Shown in pieces: positions 54,000 through 64,000 of a DNA stretch of 64,000 nt. Location of the stretch: the NCBI RefSeq assembly GCF_009914755.1, contig NC_060948.1. One strand, written 5' to 3'. The notes below the pieces were generated by a model. The model saw nothing but the letters and a program-made list of their open reading frames with translations. It did not search any database and was not told the DNA's origin. Each line of letters starts with the position of its first letter. The first letter of the stretch is position 1. This stretch comes from the human T2T-CHM13v2.0 reference genome, Homo sapiens. The translations under genes were made by a program, and so were the position numbers.

Positions 54000-55416
54000 G
54001 ATCATCTGGTTGGGGGCTTCTGACCCAGAGAACCTTTATCCTCTGGGGCAGTGCACCTTCCAGTGATTGCCTTGGCATACTGGACATGGACATGGGGGCA
54101 GCTTGTTTCTCAATGGACAATCTTTTTTAAAGTGCCCTTGCAAATCACACTGGTAACAAGCCCTACTAGGTGATTGGCCTGCTCCATTTTCTGTCCTCTC
54201 TGAACCACCAAGGTGTGTTTGTCTGAGGACCATGACTAAGGCTGCGGCCTTTCTCTGATCTTGCTTTTCCTTTTGGTCCTGTTCTTCTTGGTCCCTATTA
54301 TAGAACGCTGAGGTTGCCAGGTATAATAATGCCTCCAAATTTTGTTCAGGGCCCAGGGCTTCCTTTTGGAGCTTTCTCTTGATATCTGCAGCTGATTGGG
54401 TAATAAATTTATCTTTTAGAATCAATTGACCCTCACTGAAGTGATTCGGGTGACAGGGAAGTATATTTTCTTAAGGTCTCCCATAGCCATTCGAGGAAGG
54501 CAGAAGGATTTTCTTCCTTTCCATGAGCTATGGTGGACATCATTGAATAATTCATGGGCTTTTTCGTAGTTCTCTTTAGTCCTTCTAGAACACAGGTGAA
54601 CAGATATTTACTACTCCAGTCCCTATGATCTGAGTCAAGGTCCCAGTGGGGATACATACTGGGGGTAGCTTGCTGACTACTAGGGAATTTGTCCCTTTCT
54701 TCAGCTGGCATTCTATCTTTTACTTGACTAAGATACCATGTATCTCCAAACTCTCAGGCTGCAGCTAAAGCTTCATTCTTTTCATTAAAGGCCAGGGTTT
54801 GATCTAACAGTAGCATGACATCTCTCCAAGCGAGGCCAAAGGTTTGTCCTAGACCCTTTAGGACATATATGTACTTATCAGCATCATCTGAAAACTTCCC
54901 TAGGTCTGCCTTGATCTGTTTTAAATCATAGAGGGAGAAAGAGACATGTATACAGCTTTGGTCAAATTCTCTTCCTCCAACAGCTTGAAGGAGACATAAC
55001 TGATAGCCTGGGCAGGGGGCGTTGTGGTCCCTTGGAGATTTCTTTGCTTATTTCCTTCTGGGTGGGGGAGATTAGAGGAGGCTGATCATTAATAGGAAGG
55101 GGAGCTATAGGGAGGCTAGGATATGGGGGTAAGCTGAGAGGTCCTCTAGTGGGATGTAAGTTGCAAACTTTGCATAATTTTGTATTCTCCTTCAATGAAA
55201 ATAAAGCTTGCATATAAGGTATTTCACTCCAGTTGCCTTCCCTCTTACAGAAAAGGTCATGCTGCAGGATAGTATTGTAATTTGTACTTCCCTCAGGTGG
55301 CCATTTTTCCCCATCACAGAGAGAATATTGGGGCCAGGCCATAGTGCAGAAAAAAATGAGCCACCTGTTTTTCAGGGTTTGTGGGTCAAATTTGTCTCAA
55401 TGGCTTAGGATGCATT
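54000..55416 (-). pseudogene. gag: ERV9 gag remnant
   Basis: ORFs 54962-55342, 54433-54711, 54036-54425 (major-homology-like region, zinc knuckle), frameshifted. Confidence 0.9.
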
Positions 55417-56614
55417 TCAAGGGTGAGCCTGTTGATGACTGAGTGTTTCCAAACTGAAAGACAAAACTACCCATGGTTTCAATTTGTTTTGTTTCTCCCC
55501 CTGCCCAAGAACCCACAACGATCCCTGGACTCTGCTTATCAGAATAGTTAAGCTCACTGATGCAGCAGCAGAAACACTAGTTTTCCTCCCAGAACACAAG
55601 GAGGACCAAGGGAGGTCAGACTTAGTGGCCCTTACCGACACATTCTTGAAAACCTGCAACCTTGCCTGTCCTCCTAGACCCAAAGAGGACAAAGAAAAAT
55701 TGGATTTAGTGGCCCTTACCAATGCATTCTCAAAAACCTGTTAGAGTCTTAAGCATTCTCCTGTTAGGATCCCTAAGGGAGGGAAGGGATGTCCAGGGTT
55801 GGAAGAGTGACACTTTTGTGTTCACTTATACGAATAGGAAGGATAGAATTTCTAAGGCTCCCCCTATCCTGGCTTCAAGAATAGCTTTTGTTAGGCCTGT
55901 TAGTCTGAGGAGGGATCCTAACATTCCAGATAGTCCCCCATGATAGGGCTTTGGGCAAAGATTATGTCTTTCTGATCAGTGAGCCAGGGTGCCTAAAGAA
56001 ATAACAGAGTCCTGTAGTTTATACTAGAAGTCATTCTTATAGGAGAAACTAGAAAATCACCAGAGACAGGGAGTGATTTTTAGAAGTAGGATTAGCCTCA
56101 GAGAAGAGAGGCAAGATGAAGTTTGTCTGGCAAACTTCATTAGGACCCAGGAGGCAAGGGTCAGGATAGATTGGATAGATGTGTGAGTCTCACTTGGGTG
56201 ACATGCCTTTCAGAGATCTGCTCATGGCTGCAGGGTTAACTAACTTGTTGTCGGGACCCCAGAGCTGAATGGCTTTCCTCTCTGTTGATCCTGGGCTCAG
56301 CCTAGAAGTACAGGAAAAGTGGAAGCTGATTCCAGGCAAACCAATGCTCCCAACTCCAAAGAGTCAGGGTTTGTTAGAGAGCCTTTTCCAAGAAAGCGTG
56401 ACACCCACTTCTTTAGTCTGGTGGCCACACTAGTTGCTTTTAACTGGCTGACAGGTGCCCGGTATTTAGCCCCAAAATTCTAAGGAAAAATAGGACAGAA
56501 TAGCAAGAGAAAGGGGTCTGACGATACTCACTGCTTGGTGATAGGTGATAGTCTCACCACTTGGTGATAGGTGATGGTCTCACTACTTGGCAATAGTCTC
56601 ACCGCTTGGTGATA

Positions 56615-56632
56615 GTCTCTTTGTGGTTGCCA
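56615..56632 (-). promoter_or_regulatory. Primer-binding site, tRNA-Arg type
   Basis: Reverse complement TGGCAACCACAAAGAGAC vs TGGCGACCACGAAGGGAC. Confidence 0.75.
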
Positions 56633-56635
56633 AAA

Positions 56636-57324
56636 TGTGTCTAGAATTGGTGAGTTCTTGGTCTCACTTACTTAAAGAATGAAGACACGGACACTTGCAG
56701 TGAGTGTTACAGTTCTTAAAGATGGTGTGTCCAGAGTTTTTGCCTTCAGATATTCAGATGTGTCCAGAGTTTCTTCCTTTTGTTGGGTTCCTGGTCTCCC
56801 TGACTTCAGGAGTGAAGCTGCAGACCTTGGCGGTGTTACAGCTCTTAAAGACAGCGTGTCTGGAGTTGTTCATTCCTCCCAACCAGGCTCAAGCATGGTG
56901 GGCTGCAGGACCCAAGCCCTGCCCTACAGGGCAGCGGCTGAGGCCCAGAGAGAATTTGACCACTGGGAGGGCAGGCCGGCGGTGCTGGGAGATGGGTGTA
57001 CCCTCTGCAGCTGCTAGCCTGGGTGCTAAGACCCTCACTGCCTGAGCAGAGGCACCGGCCAGCCCTTCCGAGTGTGGCATGCCAAGATGGCCCACCCAGA
57101 ACTCTGGCTGGCCCAGGACAGCCTCCTGCAGCCTCAGTTCCCACCCACGCATCTCCATCCACACCTCCCTGCAGAGGGAGCCAGCTCCAGCCTCAGCCAG
57201 TCCAGAGAGGGGCTCCCACAGTGCAGCAGCAGGATCAAGGGCTCCTCAAGTGTGGCCAGAGTGGACCCAAGGCAGAGAAGGTGCCCAAAGCAAGCAAGGG
57301 CTGCCAGCACACTGTCACCTCTCA
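56636..57324 (-). mobile_element. LTR12 5' LTR with ~700-bp internal deletion
   Basis: Direct repeat of 49273-49527 joined at ~56886 to 50224-50667. Confidence 0.95.
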
Positions 57325-59407
57325 CCAAGTCTCCAGCAGCCATCTTGGGCCAGGAAGCCTGAGGCAGACAAAAAGGAGGCAGATTCAGCATCCAGCTGCA
57401 CAGGGATCCCTACAGATGTCCTGGCCACAGACCTTGAGTCTCTCTTTGGCCTGGATGTTCTGCGACTGCAACTTCATGAGAAGATCCAGGAGGCCTGGGG
57501 CCAGGGCAGTGCCAAGGAGCTGTCCCCTGCTGCCCTGGAGTAAAGGCGGTGGAGAAAGAGGGAACGGGACTGGCAAAAGAAGAAGCGAGAGGAGCTGTGG
57601 GCAAAATAGAAGACCAAGAAGGCTGAGGAGGTTACAAAGGCCCTGTAGGCAGTCAAGCCAACCCCTGAAGGGGCCTGCAGGAAGCTGCAGGAGCCTCCAG
57701 GACTGATCTTCAACAAGGTGTAGGTGAGCAAAGAGGAGTCAGCCAGCAAGTAGCAGTGCAGAAAGAAGAAGCAGAGTGTGAAGGGAAAGGAAACTTACAC
57801 CACTGACAGGGAGGAACTACCTGCAGCTGCTGAAGCATCTGGATGAGCTGAGTGGCCAGGGTGAGGGGAAGGCACAGCAGCTGTAGGCCAAGATGAAGTG
57901 GACCAATCTCCTGTACAAGACAGAGGATGTGATGATCCACCACGATGATTGCCTGCTGCAGGAGGCCCTGAAGCCCAAGGAGAATCACAGCGCCCAGCAG
58001 CACAGCGAGTGGGAGAAGCGCAACTCAGGCGTGGTAGAGAAGATGCATCAGTGCCAAGACCTGCTGGCAGCAGAACCTGCACAAGAAGAAGGTGGCCCAC
58101 ATCCAGCACCGAATGCTCAGAGCCCACAAGAACTGTATCCTGCTGCAGGACCTGGAGCTTGCAGGCCTAGCAGGAGGGCCTGGCCTGGCCCAGGCCTGGG
58201 CCTTTCCCATGTTGGGCTGCCATCTTCCATCTTGTGAGGCTCCAGGGGACCCTCTCAATCCTTGATGCTGGCTATTCCCAGGATCTCCACGGACCTCGGT
58301 CACTCCCTGTGAAGGGGACCCAGTCGTTCTCTGCTGAGTAGTGAGGTCTCAGATCACGCATATGAAAGAGAATATTTCAGCATCATCCTTGAAAATGCAG
58401 CCTGGGTCCATCAGACCCAGGGAAAGGATGAGCCAGACTGCTGGGCTTGAAAGCTTCCCGGAGGTCTGCAGAGTCAGGAAGGAGGAACAACGGTCACTGC
58501 CCCTTCTCCTCCTGCCTGTGTTCTCAGGGGCCACAGGACTGAAGAGGGTGGCCTTTGTTGCCAGGCCACGTTAGTCCACAGCTCGCCAGAAAGGAGGACA
58601 ACCCTGAGGTGTGGTGAGTGGGCATGTCCAGGCATGGTGCCTACTGGGGCAGAATGCCTGGCTCCTCCCCCATCTCTTGACTTTGGCCTATGGAGGTCTC
58701 ATTCCTTTCTGTTCCTCAATGACCAGAGGCGTTTCACCTCAGAATTCAGAGGGAGCAAGGGAACTGTACCTTCCCAGGGTCAACACCTGTGAATTGGGCC
58801 ACGTGCATTGGACCAAGGGAAAAGAGAAAGAAAGAATAAAACCTAGAGAGAGAGTGAAGCAAATGGAAGATAAAAAGTGAGATGGAAGATTATATCCAAA
58901 GCTTCAGGCAATTAAAATGAATGCAGGTTGACTAAACTCAGGTGAATTGTAGTGATATATGGATGATAAAGCTGTAAATAAAATTCCGTTGATGAAACTT
59001 TCTGGTTAGGAGACAAAGATTGTAACCGAAAGGGAGCTGGTCTGTTATTAGAGTAGACTGAGATGAAAAGGCACTGTGAAAGTTCAAATGTCCTATGGTT
59101 ATCAGCTTGATCTAAGGGACAGACACAACAGTATATGAAAAGAGTACATAGTCTTTTCAAGCATATATGGAAAATTGATGGAAATTGACCACTTACTTTG
59201 TCCAGAAAAGAAGTCTTAAGATATTTCAAGGTATCAGTGAAGTTATCTGACCATATCCCAACCTAGTTAAAAATTTTTGAGCTAATTATCAAAATTTCTT
59301 ATTTGGAATTTTTAAAACACACTTACAAATTACCTATGAGTTGAAGAATTCCTAATGGGTGTTAGAAATATTTGAGACTAAAAGATAATGGAAATGCAAG
59401 AAAAAAA
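57325..59407 (+). pseudogene. SURF6P1: SURF6 processed pseudogene, 3' part (CDS remainder to ~58170, then 3' UTR)
   Basis: LDVLRLQLHEKIQEAWGQGSAKELSPAALE; GLIFNKV; MKWTNLLYK..LLQEALKPKE; no introns; stops and frameshifts; right end inferred from TSD. Confidence 0.88.
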
Positions 59408-59464
59408 AGAAATTGGAGGAAGATGGATTTAAACAACTCTTACTAAGTTGAAAATTTACTTCTT

Positions 59465-60495
59465 TCCTTTTGTATTTTATATTGCTATATCATAATTGTA
59501 CATAATTTGGGGTGCATATGGTAATTTGATACAGGTACACAATGTGCAGTACTGATCAAATCAGGGTGATTAGGACATCCATTACCTTAAACCTTTGCTT
59601 TTAATATTTGTGTTGGGAACATTGCAATTCTTCTAGATATGTTGAAGTACATTTTATTGTTAACTTTAATTTTTTTACTGTACTATAAAATACTAAAACA
59701 TAATTATATCTTCTAACCATATTTTTGTACTCATTAACCACCTTCTCTTCATTCTCTCAACCCCCCCACCCTTCCCAGCCTTTGGTAACCATCATTCTAC
59801 TCTCTCTAGCTCCATGAAATGAAATTCCATTTGTTTTTGTTTGTTTGTTTGTTTTTTGAGACAGAGTCATGCTCTGTTGCCAAGCTGTACTGCAGTGGCG
59901 CGATCTTGGCTCACCACAACCTCTGCCTCCTGGCTTCAAGTGATTTCCTTGCCTCAGCCTCCTGAGTAGCTGGGACTACAGGCACGTGCTACCATGTCTG
60001 GCTAAGTTTTTTTTGTATTTTAATAGAGATGGGGTTTCACCATGTTAGCCAGGATGGACTCAATTTACTGACCTCATGATCTGCCCAGCTAGACGTTCCA
60101 AAGTGCTGGGATTACAGGCATGAGCCACCGTGGCCAGCTGAAATCCACTTGTAAGCTCCACATGTAGTGAGAGCATGCAATGTCTGTCTTTCTCTTCATG
60201 GCTAATTTCAGCTAATGCTCTCTTATTCCATGTATGTTGCTGCAAAAGACAAGATTTCATTATTTTTTTTATGGCTGACTAGTCTTCCATTTTGAATATA
60301 TACCACATTTTCTTTATTCGTTTGTCCGTTGAGGGCCATTTAGGCAGATTCCATATTTTGGCTATTGTGAATAGTGCTGATTAACATGAATGTGTAGATG
60401 TCCTTCAATATACTTATTTCCTTTCTTCATGACATATTCAGTAGTTGAATTGCTGGATCAAATGGCAGCTTTATTTTTAGTTTTTTTGGGAAACT
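59465..60495 (-). mobile_element. L1MA/PB 3' end interrupted by an Alu
   Basis: gatcaaatcagggtgattagg; cccttcccagcctttggtaaccatcattctactctct; ggctattgtgaatagtgctg. Confidence 0.85.
59835..60139 (-). mobile_element. AluSc-like
   Basis: Full dimer; TSD gaaat(t)cca(t/c)ttgt. Confidence 0.9.
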
Positions 60496-60959
60496 CTAAG
60501 TGTAGAGGTTTTCCATACTGAGAAAATTTATAAACTGAAAGGAAATATACATGGGTATTTCTATCAAAAGTCTTCCTCAAGTGTAACTTCCATGAAACAT
60601 TTATTAATTAGCAAACTGGATCAAAAGGCAGACTTCATGTATAGGTTGATATTAGTGCATCGAAAGAGAAGGGTTAAATTGACAATTCAAAAGCTTTGGA
60701 GAATTAATGAATATTTTTTATGAATTGTTGCATAAGAAATTGTACCAAAGTTAAGTAAGAAGAAAGGTTTATTGGTATCTTGTGATTCTAGTGGTTAAGA
60801 CCAATAATACAAAATATTAGATACTCTAAACACCTGACAAAATAGCAATTGGATAGAAGACAGGTATTCAGCATGTTATCATCACCTTTTTTCTTTTTTG
60901 TCTGTATCCTTTCCATGCATTAAGGCAAAAAGTCCATCAACATATCCCTAACCACACTC

Positions 60960-61340
60960 TAAAAAAAAAAAATCATTAATCACAATGCAATAAAATTATA
61001 TATTTTCAACATAAGACAAAAAATTAAAAACATAAACCCTCTGTATTAGGAATTTAATAACATTCTTCCAAATAAATGTTTAGGCTGATAATTAAATAAA
61101 AACTTTTATTAGAACTTTAATCAATTAGAAACAGTCATTAAAGGCAAATCCATATAGAAACCTTTAAGGAATGGCTGAAGTAGTATACTGAGTAAAAGTT
61201 GCATAATAGAAACATTTATTATGCATCAAGAAAATAAAAATCCAATGAATTATGCATTGAACTTGGGAAAGTAGAAATAACTAAAGCCAAAAGGAAGCCA
61301 AATAAAATAAAAAGGTGGACTAATAAAAACATAAAAAGAA
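60960..61340 (+). mobile_element. Old L1M ORF2 fragment
   Basis: aatcacaatgcaataaaatta; acattcttccaaataa; gctgaagtagtatactgag. Confidence 0.5.
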
Positions 61341-62057
61341 AAGGAGAACATAGCTATTAAAATATTTGGCAAAAGAATTTAATTTGTCCCTCAAAGCAAC
61401 ACCAATTAGTCCTGCTAGAATTGCATTTTCATTCTGCCATAATACCTTGATCTGCCTGAATTGCAGTGAAAATATTCTTCTTGTTGATGTAGAATGGAAA
61501 TCAGATCACATTTAGGCTACATCAAAAGGAGAAGAAAGGTTTATTATTATACAACTGATACAAAATACTCAATTCTCCAAAGCTTTTGAATTCTCAGTTT
61601 CACCCTTCTCCTTTTGATGCACCTAAATTTGACTGAAGTGCACTCTTGTTTCTGCTGTCTGGTTCTCCAGCATCCTCAGCTGTGCTTTGGTCTGCAGCTC
61701 TCTGCTGTCTCTGAGTTCTACAACACTGCCATGAGGCTTCCATGAGCTGTGATTATACCACCCACCGCACTCCAGCCTGGGTAGCAGAGCTAGACTGTTT
61801 TTCACAAACAAACTAAAACTCAAATCCTGGAAGGGCCAGTGCTTGGTTAGTGTTAGGGTTAGGGTTAGGGAAGGTTTTTTTGTGCTTAAATTCTGGCTTC
61901 ACCAATCATGAGATATGGAGATTATTTACTATTCCTGGTCTTTGTTCACAAACAGAAAGTTTAGGTGTATTGTGTCCATAGGTCACCTTATGCATAAAAG
62001 AGTTTGATGATGTTGAAATACTAGTCTATCAAGATTAAGAAAATAATATTCTTTAAT

Positions 62058-62060
<3 letters not shown>

Positions 62061-62127
<67 letters not shown>

Positions 62128-62128
62128 T
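62061..62128. repeat. (TA)n(CA)n microsatellite
   Basis: Directly visible. Confidence 0.95.
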
Positions 62129-62737
62129 TTTAATGAGGTCCTCAGGGTATTAACCACCCAAATAAAGGTGATTTCCATCAAGGGCTAGATATCTCTCTGA
62201 CTGCATGGCATGTAATAAATCAAATATCATGGATAGGAAAAAATGGAATTTAGGAATTTTTACAGCCTGGGAAAGGGAACTTAGCTGCAATTTGAAGGGG
62301 AACATAAAGTGTGTGGTGAATGCTGCTCTGTGTTTTTACTGTGGGAATTCATAAAAGGAATCAGGCTTAAAATATTACCTCCCTGAGGCTATAACCTCCA
62401 ACTCAGATGTTAAGGAAAAGATCATTTTCTCTCCTCCCATGTGTCCAGAAGTGGTGCCGACACACATGTCAAGCTTGTAGGTGGCCATAAGTTGTGAATC
62501 AAATAGTTTCTTCCTGATGTTTCCCTTTGGTGTGGTCACATGAACATGATATCTTGGAAAACAAGTACCATAAATAAGCCATGTTTGGGTTAGGGCCAGG
62601 GTAGGATTTTGTGCTTAAATTTTGCCTTCACCATTTTGTTCATATACTTCAAATATTTCACTATTTTGTTCATATCCTTCCAAAAAGATTTGAAGTAAAT
62701 TATTACAAATTACAAATTAGAAATGGACATATACATA

Positions 62738-63985
62738 ATTTTAAATTCTGGGGTACATGTGCAGAACGTGCAGTTTTGTTACATAGATATACATGTGCCA
62801 TGGTGGCTAGCTGCACCTGTCAACGCATCACCTACCTTGGGTATTTTTCCTAATGTTGTCCCTCCCCTAGCTCCCCTCCTCCTGACAGGCCCTAGTGTGG
62901 GATGTTCCCCTCCCTGTGTCCATGTGTTCTCATTGTTCAACTCTCACTTATGAGTGAGAACATGCAGTGTTTGGTTTTCTGTTCTTACGTTAGTTTGCTG
63001 AGAATGATTGTTTCCAGCTTCATCCATTTCCCTGAAAAGGACATGAACTTATCCTTTTTTATGGCTGCATAGTATTTCATGGTGTATATGTGCCACATTT
63101 TCTTTATCCAGTCTATCATTTATGAACATTTGGGTTGGTTCCAAGTCTTTGCTATTGTGAATAGTGCCACAATAAACCCACGTGTGCATGTGTCTTTATA
63201 GTGGAATGATTTATAATCCTTCGGGTATATACCCAGTAATGGGATTCCTGGGTCAAATGGTATTTCTAGTTCTACATCCTTGAGGAAACACTACACTGTC
63301 TTCCACAAAGGTTGAACTAATTTACACTCCCACAAACAGTGTAAAAGTGTTCCTGTTTCTCTGCATCCTCTCCAGCATCTGTTGTTTCCTGACTTTTTAA
63401 TGATCGCCATTCTAACTGGTGTAGATGGTCTCATTGTGGTTTTGATTTGCATCTCTTATGACCAGTGTTGAGCATTTTTTCATATGTCTTTTGCCTGCAT
63501 AAATGTCTTCTTTGGAGAAGTGTCTGTTCATATCCTTTGGCTACTTTTTGATGGGGTTGTTTTTTTCTGGTAAATTTGTTTAAGTTCTTTGTGGATTCTG
63601 GATATTAGCCCTTTGTCAGATGGATAGACTACTAAAATTTTCTCCTGTTCTGTAGGTTGCCTGTTCCTTTCGCTGTGCAGAAGCTCTTTAGTTTAATTAG
63701 ATCTTATTTTTCAATTTTAGCTTGGTTGCCATTGCTTTTTCTGTTTTAGACATGAAATCTTTGCTCATGCCTACATCCTGAGTGGTATTGCACAGGGTTT
63801 CTTCCAGGATTTTTATGGTTTCAGGTCATATATTTAAGTCTTTGATCCATCTTGAGTTGATTTTTGTATGAGGTGTAAAGAAGGGGTCCAGTTTCAGTTT
63901 TCTGCATATGGCTGGCCAGTTTTCCCGACATTTAATTAAGAACGGAATCTTTTCTCCACTGCCTGTTTGTTTCTTGACTGATATC
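62738..63985 (-). mobile_element. L1PA7-like 3' end
   Basis: ttctggggtacatgtgcagaacgtgcag...gtgcagaagctctttagtttaattag. Confidence 0.9.
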
Positions 63986-64000
63986 ATTAAATGCGAATGG

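Larger units (their letters stand above)
50668..56635 (-). mobile_element. HERV9 internal region (leader, gag, pro, pol without IN, partial env)
   Basis: gag CYQCDLQGHFKKDC; RT LPQGFRD, QYVDDLLL; RNase H YTDSKYAY; env fusion peptide LVPLLIGLGMAATTGTGIASL. Confidence 0.95.

Noticed and set aside
57325-58237. Functional SURF6 gene
   Set aside because: In-frame stops (e.g. 57541, 57721), frameshifts, no introns, split by a provirus

Overview
Human genomic DNA (a near-consensus AluYb8 at 46132 is a human-specific subfamily), very repeat-dense, with no intact protein-coding gene, RNA gene or CRISPR array. The left end holds a minus-strand HERV-H provirus with an extra tandem LTR7-short-internal unit, interrupted by a minus-strand HERV-W (LTR17 plus leader) element. 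At the right, a SURF6 processed pseudogene is split in two by an ~8 kb minus-strand ERV9/LTR12 provirus. This is probably SURF6P1, which from memory lies on Yq11; I could not verify the location here. The rest is solo LTRs, L1/L2/MIR fragments, Alus, DNA-transposon fossils, microsatellites and several unexplained tandem or inverted repeats. The ORF track is ERV/SURF6 remnants or spurious repeat-derived frames. I found no convincing new biological system. The most notable signals are structural: a templated 68-bp copy into LTR17, a tandem HERV-H, a 49-bp-periodic repeat/spacer array, a 167-bp triplicate, a promoter-deleted LTR12, target-site duplications (TSDs) that delimit the whole SURF6 retrocopy, and a complex inverted duplication. 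Repeat subfamily names come from recalled consensus sequences and should be confirmed with RepeatMasker/Dfam.
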